Part shown: piece by piece, positions 9,791-22,749 of the stretch
Layout: each line of letters starts with the position of its first letter
How positions within the stretch are numbered: the stretch's first letter is position 1
Origin: Vicugna vicugna
Lineage: Eukaryota
Assembly: GCA_013265495.1 (NCBI GenBank)
Contig: MU061542.1
Coordinates: forward strand, 30,972-94,971
Direction: 5' to 3'
DNA length: 64,000 bases
Position numbers and translations under genes: made by a program
The notes under the pieces: model-generated
The model's database searches: none
Seen by the model: the letters and a program-made list of their open reading frames with translations, nothing else
What the model was told of the DNA's origin: nothing

Positions 9791-12700
9791 CTATGTCCCT
9801 TTATTCCTTATATCTCAGTAATATCCAAGAAGGTTATGAAAACAGCAAAATAAAGCATCATAGGTCTGACAGAAAGACAGCTGGTAAATTTCCTGGAAGT
9901 GGATATTAAACACACTAGGTACACCGGGAAGATTCAGCTACCAGAGATGAGAGGATCCCAGCCAGTTGTACAGCATACAGTGTCAGTCAGGGTGGTGCAG
10001 GATATATCTGACAGTCCAGATGGGTTCCAGCAGGCAGTTGCATTCCAGCAGGCAGCTTCAGAGCAGGGAGTACCGAGGCCCAAATCAGAACAAAGACTTA
10101 GAGACAGTAGGCATCAAAAGAGATAAGGCAGCAGTTGTCAGAGTCCAGATTTTGGGCAGAGAAACAAGAGCAGGAGTCCAAAATCTGATGGGACTGATGA
10201 CAGTTATCACAGCACTGAGGACGACATACCAAGTACTGGTGCACCAGAGGCTGGTGCTCTGAGCAAAGTCTGATTTAATGTGGGATAACTCAAGTATCTT
10301 CTGTAAAGATACTAGCTTGTCTCTAAGGATGAAATCTGAATCATTTCTTCTTGCAATGAAGAAATATTCAGGATCTTTTAAACTCTTACTCCTCCATATC
10401 TTCTGTTGAAAATTCTCAGTTCCCCTCCTGGTGCAAATGTCTTAATAAAAATTCTGTTTATCCTACAAACTATATTAATAATCTGGTCAGTGACTAATCT
10501 ATTTTACTCCCTTTCTTTAATCCAAACAAGATAATGTTACTTGATTAATCTGCCTAATAAAAGCAAAATTCAGCAACTTTAAATGACTCAGATTTGTGTA
10601 CCAAATTATGTTCAAATTTTTCTTCATGGTATTCAAGCTTCTTTACAATAGAAACTGAATTTACTGCTCAAGTCTTATATCTTATTATTCTAGTATCATG
10701 CCCTTCTTATCCTTTAATATGCAAGTTTCTTTCACCTATTCTGAAGAATTAGGATTTATCACCTTTTTAAACATAGTTTTTTTCAGACATTTTTGAGTTT
10801 GTTCTTTCTGCTGAAAATATAATCATAAAACTCTATTTAAATTTCCTTTCAATAAAAGTTTAATTCTCTCATAAATGATCACAACCCAAATTAACTTCTC
10901 CACGTGTCTTTTTCTTGTATTCTGTTCCAGTAAAAATTTACCTTTTGGACACTGGTGGTATGGGGTAAGAAATTACTTGCAGATTTATTTGCGTAAGAAA
11001 AATATGAGCTTGCTGCGGTTGTGGAGAGCACAAAGGAACAAATTCAATCTATACTCTTTCTTCTTGACACAAAGTGCTGAAGTTATTTTAATTATTCAGA
11101 GATCCAGGTCAACCAATGTGACCACCAACAAAAATCTTGTTTGCCTGATTTTGCTATGTATGCTTTTGTTTGAAAATACATGTATATTTTATATGTATAT
11201 ACATAGATCATATGTATATTCACATATTCACATAGACGCTAATTTGGAGCTGCCTTTGCTGATTCCTATAGCATTCCGTTGATTTGTTTCTAGAATGGCA
11301 TCTGTAGTCAGATTTCTCAAGTTCAGTTGCTTGCCCAGAACTACTTGTTTATTTAATTTCAAAATTTTACTCATACTGCTTTATACTTAGATTTCCATAT
11401 GTTGTGCCATTCTGTCACTGAGTACAGTATGTTGAGTACAAGGTGTCATATATTTATTCATTTCTATAAATTTTGTTATACTTTATTGGTCTGTATGTCT
11501 AAAATTTAGAATTTCATATAATTAAAGCACTGTAATAATTTTTGCAAATTAGGAAATAAGATTAAGAACTCTGAAAAAGTATATCTACTTCTAATTTTTA
11601 AATAATTAAATATTTCAAAAGAAAGTTTTTTTGCAAAAATTAGAGTCTATGGTATTTTGATCAGGCAGTTTATATTAGTTAATATGTAATTCTCACTGAA
11701 AAAAAAATGTAACCTGGCCATAACCTTTTTTATGGAGGTCCAAGCCATAAATTCTAATTCATTAATATGTAGACTTTAGCCAACATTAAGTAAATAAAGG
11801 GAATAAAGGAAGTAAATGTTAAAATGCATGTGAAATGAAAGATTAATTTTACTAATTAACATTAACACATTTTGATCACATTTTTCTTTATACTTAACAA
11901 TGTGCCATGTTGTGTGCTCTGCATATTTTAATTTTTGTTTTATGTTAACATTGTTCTTGACCTCAGGTTTAAATTTTAATACAATGCTTTGTTGTGCAAA
12001 CAACTCCAAGAACTTCTAAAACACAAATTCAGGAAAACTTCTCTTTTAGCCTGCAAGTAAGAAAATGTTTTTAGGGAAAAAATGAAAATATAAGTATGAT
12101 TATTCTATTAAAAAATGCACAAAATACTTTTTTTCATAATCAGGCAAAAGTATATTAAAACAAGGAAGCTACCTAGAGGTGGTCAACAAAAATATGATAT
12201 AAAAAGCCAAAATGAATCATCATTTCTGTCAGTCAATAAAATCCACCAGAAGACTTTTAAACCAAGGAAGAAATTTTAAAATACATAGGAATGTTTATAA
12301 CATTAGACATTTTGAAATTTATTTTACTACATTAAAAAAATCTTTATTTCCAAACTGTAAATAATGTCTTTGAATCACTACAATTCATTTTAATCAAGTT
12401 TGCCTGTATGTCACAAGAAAGACACAAATTTTTTCACTTAGCAACTCAAAAGAGACAAGAGACTGACTTAAAATAGTAAGAGATTGCTTTCACAATAAAA
12501 ATATAAGCAGAACTTGAATACCTGAATCAAACACTAAAATGATGTATGCATAATGTGCACAATAGAAAGGGCTTTGTATTTCAAATCTATTTTAGAAATA
12601 CTAGTTACACTTTAACTTTTAATTACAAGCATACATTATTTTCTTCATAAAAATATTTTGTATCCTTTCTTGCAAACTTTGGTTGGTTTGTCTTTAGTTT

Positions 12701-13399
12701 GATCATGGCATAATGGAAATGTGTAATATTACTGTGTTTTTGTGACTGATGAACTGTGGAAATTCCTTTTTTATGCCTCAGTAGTTTTTAATTTCACTAT
12801 TTCAATGCCCTAAATCGTATTCAGTTTAGCAATACAGCATATTGTTTACTGTTCCTATGCCCTCTATTAGCTTTTTCAATGTTGTAACATTTGATTGTTT
12901 CCTCAACTCTCATTTTGCCAGTTTAATCCTTGAAAAAGGAATTGCAGTTCCTGCAAATATTATCTTAGAAACATCAAAAGATTGAACTGTTCACATAAAT
13001 ATCATATGTGGGGGCTATAATTAAGAAAATAATAAACCAGTATAACAGCCATATGAAGATTAACTTTACAGACCATAATTACATTTCTATTGTTTGTATG
13101 TACCTTCTTAAATTCTGCAAAACATAAGCATTGCTATTTAGTAATTTTTGCAGTCCATAATTAGTGACTACTTAACCAGTTGTGGGAAGCAAGAAAGGTG
13201 TTCCCTTAGACTTCTCTTAGATGTTTTCCAGATGTTCAAAATAACTTTAAAAGATAATGGGGTATTAGGCAGTGGGTGGCTTGAAACATTATAGGTAGGA
13301 AAGACAGCTTGAATGAAAACATAGAAATGGAAATTACAATGAATCTCAGTCTTTAAAAATAATCAAATGCATATAAAACATTAAAAAAAGAAACAATTT

Positions 13400-13585
13400 T
13401 ATTCCTCAGTTTCCTCATCAATAAAATAATAATAATTATAGTACTTACTATGATCGCCACTTAAGCTATATAAGGTATTGTGTGTATATGTATATATATA
13501 TATATATGTGTATGTGTGTGTGTATATATATATATTAGAACAGTGAGGGATACATAATAATTACTAAATAATCATGAGCTATTAT
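13400..13585 (+). mobile_element. MIR fragment with an internal (TA)/(TG) microsatellite (13480-13535)
   Basis: CCTCAGTTTCCTCATC..AAAAT..ATAAT..AGTAC is the MIR core. Confidence 0.6.
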
Positions 13586-14434
13586 GCTGTCAGATCATCT
13601 GTGTACAGATATTTCTATAAAATCTCACATTTTATAGCAAAATCAATTTTTTTTCTGAAGAAATATTAGTGCAAAATCACCTGCCAAAAATAACAGGGCT
13701 GAAAGGAAAAACAAGATTCTACATTGGTTACTGTAAAATCACCCAATACTATGAACTTAGTAAAAAAAGACTATGCCAATGAAACAGCAGCAGAAGTTAA
13801 AATCTCCACTGGCATTTGCATCATACATCCCAATCTGTGGGGTTTTGCAAACTTGATAAAGAGAGAGTTTTGTTTCTCTCTTTAAAGATGGTCAGTGAAT
13901 GCATTCACTTCTTATATAAAGACCAGTTTAAATCAAAGTAAAAATGTAATCTATCAACTTAGACATGCATGAAAAAAAAGGAATATATATTTACCCAATG
14001 ATAGAGCAGAGAACTTAAAGTAATGGAAACTGTAGCTCATCTTATAGTTACTAAATCAAATAGTACTATAAGATGACAGTTCTATGGGATTTTCATTTTT
14101 CTTTCAAAAGTTGTTATGTATTTGTAAAATATGCTCTTTAGTTGTAAGGAAATAATTGCCCCTAATCACTACGAAAGAGTAAATTCTGAGAAATTGCATA
14201 TGAATCAACATGAGTTATGCATTTTATATATATTATTCCAGTTTTTGCCAAAAGTTTAAGTCAGTGTGCATTGAAGAAACACATATTGTAGGAGAAGAGA
14301 CTGTACTTTCAAACTTAGATATATTATCAGCAGGTTTTCACTCCCTTGAGTATTTAAAAGAGTTGTCTATAATTATTTCTCCTACTTACTTTTCAGCTCT
14401 GTTCAAACTGAAAAACAAGCCTGATTTGGTTAGT

Positions 14435-15345
14435 CACAGATAACCTCTATGCTCTTAAATCCAGTGGACCTACTTTACTCTTGCTCTTATGGATTATAGC
14501 AACTGACTATAGCTTACCTCTCCTTTTATGAAGATTTGTCTTTTCAAGGCATCCAGGATATAATACCTAATTTATTTTACTTCTACATGACTAATAACTC
14601 CTTCTTCATCTCCTTTGAAATTTCAAGCTACTTTTATAAATTTTTCTAATTTAGGAACTCTTCAAGGACATTCTCCTGTTGACCCCTTTTTCTTTTCATA
14701 AGCTATTTCATAGAAACCAAGTCTCCAAACTACCAAAGGTTACATACAAATGTTTCTCAAAAACTGTGTGTGTGTGTGTGCGCATGTGCGTGTGCATGTG
14801 TTTATGTATGTATTTCAATCTCATACCATGGAGGTTAGATAATTTAACCTTCAGTCTTTCTTTAAAAGTGGCTAAGGGCTAAGAGTTGTTCACTAGACCT
14901 CCATTAACCCTAACAGCATCTCGTCTTCCCTCTTTCACTCTACATTAGTCATCTATGTATTGTTTATACTCACTTTCTCAAGTCAAAGAATATTTATATG
15001 GGATATTCTCCTTCCCTATAAGTTAATTTTTGTCTTTTTCCATTAACTTCAACTCCTGCTCACAATTCTGAATTCAGTTCAAGCATCATTTCCTCAAGGA
15101 CATTAATTTTACCTCAACATCTTGAACTCAAACTCCCACAATTAAAGATTCCTATTGCAATGTTTTTGTCATTGCACTTTGTTATATGTGCACTACTGCA
15201 TTTGTTTCTGTGGTTATTTGATATTTTGTTCTCTTGGTGAGAATTTATATTCATATAGGTAGTCCATCTAAAATGTTCCAGGGCTATTCTTAGCCTTGTT
15301 AACTAATAGGTGCCTACTAAATGTTTGCTGAACGAATCAATTAAT
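14435..15345 (+). mobile_element. L2 remnants including a 3' end; (TG)n at 14765-14810
   Basis: AAATCCAGTGGAC.., TAGGTGCCTACTAAATGTTTGCTGAACGAAT (L2 3' tail-like). Confidence 0.5.
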
Positions 15346-15979
15346 AATAGCCTAAAGAACTGTGTATGCATCTGTAGTCCTGTAATTTTTTTTTACAATC
15401 TTCCCTAAAATGCTATTAAAAATGGACTAGTTTCAATATCCCAGTAAATCTTCTAATTTTGGAAGGAAATCCAGGTGGTTGGATGGAGATGACTGAATGA
15501 AGAAGACTAATCTGCATTATGAGAATCTAGGTTGTCTTGGTTTGGTTGTATTTTTTTAAAACTAATTTTCTAGATCTAGGGAGTATTTTTTGGACGTAAG
15601 TCTTTCTTTTGTGATCTGCCTAACTCCCACCACTTTTTGCTTGTTCAAATGTTACTACTCAGTGACCTGACTACAGAGACTTGTCCTATTACCTGAAGTA
15701 ATCTGACCTGGGCAGTAGTGGAGAAGATTTAGCAGTTGACTGATTACTCCCATTAGCATATTTATAGTACTCTATAAAACTGTATATGAAGTGTTCCTAG
15801 TACTTTTTTACATAAGGTTTTTCTGATGACTGTTGATAAAAAGAGTTTGAAATGTGTATAATTTTAGTATATTTCCTATTATCAACTTGGAAAATGTAAA
15901 ACCAGCTCACCATTATATATAAGAAGAGGAGTTGGTATTCACTCTTGAATATGAATAAAAGAGCTTCCTGAGGCAATGA

Positions 15980-16200
15980 GGAGACAGCATAAAGAATACT
16001 GTGTCTGGATTCAGACATTCTGGGTTTAAAACTCCAGTTTTAACACTTATTCCTATGTTCTATGGGAAAATAATTTAACTTTTTGAGGCCTTAATTTGCT
16101 GTTCTGTCAAAAGAAGACTAAAAATGATATCTACCTACAGATGCTGTGAATATGAAATAGGAAATTTGACACAAGAATTATGTGGTTAATATATTTTATA
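15980..16200 (+). mobile_element. MIR
   Basis: TGGATTCAGACATTCTGGGTTTAAACTCCAG..AATTTAACTTTTTGAGGCCTTAATTTG..TATCTACCTAC..GCTGTGAATATGAAAT. Confidence 0.65.
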
Positions 16201-16725
16201 TTAAATTATGCAAGTTTCTGTTGTTGTTATTATAAATTTATCTCAAAGTTATATAGAAGAAATAATATATTTCTAATAACAAGTAATATTAAAATCTTTG
16301 AGGAGCCATATTAGCTTGAAAGAAGTTTAACAATTTTAAATTGTAAGTCTTCTACTGAAAGATTTGTGCATCATATTGTATTCTACTTTAATCTTCTCTA
16401 CACTATGCTATCCTATCCCACCTCACCCTAGTTTTAGTCCAGCCCAGTCCATTCCATCCCATCCTTTCCTCCAAAGATTTATTATCTCTGAATCTATTTT
16501 ACCTTCTGTTTTATAGAGGATTTCTATACTTTAGTTTTCCTCCAAATCATGATTATTTCAGAAATGTTTTTCTGACTGCATGTCTTTGAAGAATGGATAT
16601 AGGTATTATAGAATTATAGTTTATAAATTATTGAGTATGAAACCTGTTAAATTGAGAAAAGTTTTAAAATGCTAACTAAATTTGTTATATTTTTAAAATT
16701 TTTAAATATATTCAAAATCAGTTTA

Positions 16726-17232
16726 CCTTTCCTCAACTGCCACCAAGGTGCTTGGTCCTTCCAAGGAAGCTAAGGTCGTGTTGGAGTGAGGTCCTAACTT
16801 CATTCAGCGACTAGCCCCACACCCGGCAGTGCCCACCTGGAGCTCTCCGGTGCCTTGGCCTCAGTCTCCTAGCTCACCTGCATCTACTCAGCCTACAGCG
16901 ATGAGGTGATGGTCACAGAGGATAAGATCAATGCCCTCATTAAAGCAGCCAATGTAAATGTTGGACCTTTCTGGCCAGGCTTGTTTGCAAAGGCTCTGGC
17001 CAATGTCAACATCGGGAGCCTCATCTGCAATGTAGGGGTTAGTACACCTGTCCCAGCAGTTTGTGCTGCACCAGCAGGAGGTCCTGTCCCCTCTACCACT
17101 GCTGCCCAAGATGAGGAGAAGAAAGTGGAAGCAAAGAAAGAAGAGTCCAAGGAGTACGATGATGACATGGGTTTTGGTCTTTTTGACTAAACTTCTTTAG
17201 TAACACTTTCAATAAAAAGCTGAGCTCTTAAA
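16726..17232 (+). pseudogene. RPLP1: RPLP1 (60S acidic ribosomal protein P1) processed pseudogene, full-length cDNA copy
   Basis: Intronless. Begins with the TOP-like CCTTTCCTC and encodes VTEDKINALIKAANVNVGPFWPGLFAKALANVNIGSLICNVG...EEKKVEAKKEESKEYDDDMGFGLFD*. The start codon is mutated ATG>TTG (16855), there is an in-frame TAG at 16870 and a ~9-nt deletion after YSA. AATAAA at 17211, short A tail, TSD AAAATCAGTTT (16714-16724 / 17233-17243). Confidence 0.97.
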
Positions 17233-17751
17233 AAAATCAGTTTGAGATAATCAATGGCATGCATGTTTTAACTGGCATGTATTTTTTGTCTTAGTGTATA
17301 TAAACCATAAAGTATTTATAAAAGTTTTCTATGGTTAACAAAATTTGAGGAAATAAATTTTTGGTGTATCTCTTCTGTAGCCTCATTAAAACTCAAATTT
17401 CACAGCTAATTATTATTACTTTAGAAACAATTATACATAATTATTACTTTAGAGTCACAATATATGACCTCTATGCAACTAAATACATACAAAAAAAAAT
17501 TAACATCCTTTGATTTCAATGTGGTGAATCAAATGGACTATATTCTCAGCATTTAATAATGATAGAATATATATCCAAATGATATTATAATAATTAGGTT
17601 AAAATTTGAAATTTATAAATTTGATTTTAAACAAATTAAATTGTAAAATGTTATAACTTTATAATTGCAATGGGCCTTAATTCTGAAACTAAAATCTCGG
17701 AGTGAAAGATTTAATCCAAATATGTTTTCAAGGTCAAAATTTCTCAAATGA

Positions 17752-18404
17752 CTTTTACAGGTTTATTGAGATACATTTGGCATACCATACAATTAAATGC
17801 AATTCACATACAGCATCACTTTGACTATACAACTTAATGTTTCTTATACTTTATAGTGTTTACAAAATTCAATGATTATTAGTATATTTGCAGAGTTGTG
17901 CAACCATCATCACAATCAATTTTAGAACACTTTTATCACCCTAAATAGAAAACTTGTACCTATTAAAAGTCACTCCACATTCCAACTCCCTTCCCTCAGA
18001 TCCCATTTTCCACTTTCTACTTTCTGCTAGTACAGATTTTTGATCATTTTTTATAGGTAAAACCACTTAATATATGGTCTTTTATAACTGGCTTCTTCCA
18101 TTTATCAAAATGTTTTCAACATTTATCCATGCTGTATGATGTATCTGTTTTTATTTATTGGTAAATCATATCACATTATATGGATTTACTACATTTTTTT
18201 CATTATTAGTTGATGGGATTTTGCATTGTCCCCCTCTTTGCCTATTATGAATAAAGCTGCTGAGAGTGTTTTTGTACAAAGTTTTGCACAATGCATGTTT
18301 TCATTTCTCTTGGATTTATGCCTTAGTGTGAAATGTATTGGTCATATGGCAACACTATATTTAATCTTTTGAAGAACTGCCAGATGCTTTCAAAGCTGTG
18401 GCAC
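17752..18404 (-). mobile_element. Old L1 (L1MA/L1MB-like) 3' end
   Basis: TTTATTGAGATA..CAGAGTTGTGCAACCATCATCACAATCAATTTTAGAACAC..TTTTGAAGAACTGCCAGA; typical reversed L1M 3'UTR and ORF2 end. Confidence 0.85.
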
Positions 18405-19983
18405 AAAGGAGTGGCCAAGATGACAGAGTAAGAAGACTCTGAGATTACCTCCTCTCCCAGGCCATCAAAATTCAACTGGCTTTTCAGCAGAAATTTTGCA
18501 GGCCAAGAAGGGAGTGGCACAACATATTCAAAATGATGGGGGGGGGAACCTACAATCAAAAATATTTTAGTTGAAAAGGTTATCTTTCAGATTTAAAGGA
18601 GATATAAGAGTTTTACAGATGAGCAAAAGCTAATGGAGTTCATCACTAATACAGCTTTAAAAGAAATGTTGAAAGGATTTATTTAAGTGGAAAAATGATC
18701 ATAACTATAAATATAAAAATTACAAAAGGAAAAATCACATTGATAAAGGCAAATGCATAGTAACAGTGGTAGATTGACTACATATAGCCCTAGTAGAAAG
18801 GTTAAAATAGATAAAAATGGTAAAATCATCTATACTCACAACAAGAAGATAAAGGATACACAAAACAAAAAAATGTGAAATATGATGTCAAAACATTAAA
18901 TATCAGATGAGGTTAAAATGCAGAATTTTTAGAATGACAGAAGTTAAGAAATCATCCACTTTAAATAAATAAATAAATAAAAATATATATAATGACTATA
19001 TATGAATGGTATGGAAATGACAAACCAAAAATCAATAATAAATACACACACACACAAAAAGAGAAAGGAATTCAAACATATCAATAAAAATAATCATCAA
19101 ATCACAAGGGAAGAGAGCAAAAGAGGAAGAAAAGATCAGAGAAAAACTCCAAAAATAAGCAGAAAAGATGTTTTAAATGACAATAAATACATATATCTCA
19201 ATAATTACTTTAAATGTAAATGGACTAAATGCTCCAATCAAAAGGCACAGTGTGACTGAATGCATAAAAATACTACACCCATATATATGCTGTCTACAAT
19301 AGCATCAGATCAGATCTAAAGACACATACAGACTGAAAGCAAGGGATGTAGAAGGGTATTCCATGTAAATGGAAACAAAAAGAAAGCTTGGATAGCAATA
19401 CTTAGACAAAAAAGACTTTAAAATAAAGACTGTAACAAGAGACAAAGAACAATACATAATGATTAAGGGATCAATCGAACAAGAAGATATCACAATTGTA
19501 AATATATATGAACCCAATATAAGAGCACCTAAATATATACATCAAGTATTAACAAACATAAAGGAAGCAATTGACAGTAACATAGTAACAGTAAGAGACT
19601 TTAACACCCCATTTACATCAATAGACTGATCACCAAGACAGAAAATTGATAAGGAAACACTGGCCTTACAAGATACATTCGATTAAATAAATTTAATAGC
19701 TATATGTATATCTATATATCTCCACTATAGATCACAAGCTAGGCTACAAAACAAGTCTGAATAAATTTTATAAGATTTAAATCACATTGACCAACTTATC
19801 TGACCACAAAAGTAGAAGACTGTAAATCAACAAGGAAAAAAATAAAGAAAAAACTAGAAAAAATACAAACATGTGCAAGCTAAACAACAGAACTAAATCA
19901 CATACATTGATTAATGGAAGAGAATAAGGAGCCCCAAGACAAACCCACACTTCTATGGTCAATTAGTCTATGACAAAGGAGCC
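18405..19983 (+). mobile_element. Old L1 with internal deletions: 5' tip, ORF1 3' part, ORF2 endonuclease (ATG ~19177) and a later ORF2 piece
   Basis: 5' tip GGCCAAGATGACAGAGTAAGAAGAC; ORF1 TTTTCAGCAGAAATTTTGCAGGCC; ORF2 reads MTINTYISIITLNVNGLNAPIKRH; distal piece GGTCAATTAGTCTATGACAAAGGAGCC. Confidence 0.88.
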
Positions 19984-20415
19984 TTATGTCAGTAACATAC
20001 TGCCCAGATTACTATAGATTAGTTTTGAAATTAGGTAATGTGAGTCCTCCAATTTTGTCTTTTCTTTTAGATTTGATTGATTTGGCTGTTCTAGGTCTAT
20101 ATACATTTTCTTGTGAATTTTAGGATTAGATTTTCAGTTTCAGAAAAAGATTCCAGTGAAGAATTTTATAGGATCTGTACTTAAATTTTGAGAGTATTGC
20201 CATCTCAACAATATTAAGTTTTCTAATTCAGGAACTTGTCTTTCCATTTATTTAGGTCTTTATATTTTTAAAATAGTGTTTTACAGTTTTCAGTATATAA
20301 GCCTTATACTTATTTTATTTAATTTATTCCTAGGTGTTTTATTAATTTTGATACTGTATAAATAAAATTATTTTCTTAAATTAATTTTTGCATTGTTAAT
20401 TGCTAGTGTATATGT
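19984..20415 (-). mobile_element. L1 ORF2 fragment, probably the continuation of the 17752-18404 element
   Basis: TGTGAGTCCTCCAATTTTG..AGTATTGCCATCTCAACAATATTAAG..ATTGCTAGTGTATA. Confidence 0.75.
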
Positions 20416-22749
20416 ATGCTGCTACTAGGTACAATAGGCTTTTTTATACTTGAAAAATTATGTGTAATAATGAAGTGGCATTTTATCTACAACCCACTGA
20501 ATTTCAAATCTTATTTGAGGAGATACAGAGAAAGAAATAACAGTTTCTGATTTATCTAAGCTCTTCACATTTTCTTAAAATAGGTTTCCTTTTAAATCCT
20601 ATAGAAAATACACACTCATATGCATGTATCATATTATTAGAATAACAAAAGTGGCAAAGTAAAGTTATTCCAAATAAATTCTTGGTTTCTTACATTTTCA
20701 GAAAAAAAATCCTTCTATGTATATTATTTGATATATTACATTTCAATATGCCTTTTATTTCTAAATATATCTGTTCAGTGTTAAATACAACTCTCATAGC
20801 AATATTGTTAAAATAATTTGTGTTATTTTCTGTATATTTAAATTTAAATATTAAACTTTGTTCTATAAAACTTCTGAACTGTTTTTAATACATTACAGAC
20901 CAGACATGCTAAGATTAAGTTATTACTTGATAAACATTTATAGTTGTGCTTGTGTGTTTCTGTATATAATTTCATATACATAATATATGTATCTTTTCAA
21001 AGGGACATAGAATTCTCATCATCATTTGGCAGCTTTTATTTCCTAGGGATTTTTACTATAAATCTATGTATGATTTTTAATTATAATTTTACTATTCAAT
21101 GAACCTCACAATGACAACATTTTAGCATCCATCCACCACGGCAGATGGCAAACTAATGAGGCCTGCTCTACTTGCATACTGATAGCTTTCCTATGCAACT
21201 CTTCTCTAATCCAAAGGGAGGTCAAACAGTAAATTTTTATTTTAATCTTCTTTATTTCATTTGGTCCTTAAAAATCATAAGGCTGATTATTAGAGAATGA
21301 ATATTTTACATATCTCAATTGCATTTATTAGTATTTGTTTCATACATTTAACTGATACAATTGAAAAAAAATTTCTGTCACTGCCTGAAATTTATTTTAA
21401 CAATTTGAAATTTAAATGCTGTATTGAGTTAACCCTAATCACTTTCACAACATTAATTAAGTAGGCCTTCTTCCAGAAGCAGAAAATATATTGTTTACCA
21501 AATATACAAATACACTTTTAAAATATACAAATATGTAATTTTATAGTTATTTATTTAAAGTATGTTTCATTAACAACTTGTAAGTGTCTAATCTTTTTCT
21601 TAGGCATTTGCAAGCTTTCAAATTTTAAAGACCAATCAAATAGATGTCATTTTAGTCTGAAGATAGCCTAAAATTTAACTCCATATTCAATGACTATTCT
21701 TAGAAGCAAAAACATTATTAACTAAAATGAGTTTCATGTAAGGAGGGGCCTTATCTAGCTTCTCCATCACTATCTTCTACATTCTTTTGTATAAAATAGG
21801 TATTCATTACAAAATGAAATAAACTAATCTCTTTAATATTCACTTTATCTTGATAGTTTTCCATCCTTGTCAAATGTTGGCCAAAAGGAATAACTTTCTA
21901 CAAGGATAGGTCAAGAAAAGAGTACAAATTCATCTGAAATTTTTCACAGGTATTGAATGAACATAACTTAAATCATAATTACAGATTGTAGATATTTCCA
22001 AATAATATATAATAAAAATATTTTTGTGAAATGATAGTTTGAATCATAGAATAAAAAAGTATTCTGATTCATTTGTTGCTATTTCATGTCAATATTATAC
22101 TTTTCCCTGTTAATCATGTATGATGTCAGGCTTAGAAACTATTTCTATTTTATTTATTCTCTTAAAATCTTTCTCTTTCACACATTTTTTTAATCATTTA
22201 TTTAATTTTCATGTCTGTTTATTGCCTTTTCTCTCCTTTTACAGCTGAGCTTTGTGAAATAATTTTATACAGTTTCTCATCTTCTCTTTCTGCGAGTCCA
22301 AGCATATAGTAACTGTGTTCCCTGAAGTCACCAGGGGTCTTGTCAGTTACCATTCAGCAATAGAGTACACTGAATTATCCTAACTGACCTCTGTGGTGGA
22401 TATTATGACTGTCTCTCTGATATTGCTTCTAATACTCCAGATTTGTGTGGAGTGTGGTCCCACACTCAGGTATTAAAAGGAACCATGGTTATGTAAGCCC
22501 AACAAAACTAATCTCACTCACTTTGTACCTAGGTCTGGCCAACTGTTGCATGGTATTTCACTTACAAAATTTCAGAAAGAAATGTCTCAAATTATAAAAA
22601 CACCACATGAAGAGATTTGTTGGATATTCCTGAGAAAGAAGTCAACTCATTCTTCAGAGAGCACCAAGCTACACATTTCTTCTGGATGTGGTCTTGTGGA
22701 GATAAGCATTTTGGAAATGCCACATCCATGAAGGCAGCTATCATTAGGA

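Noticed and set aside
16893..17168. Minus-strand ORFs over RPLP1
   Set aside because: They are antisense shadows of the retrocopy.
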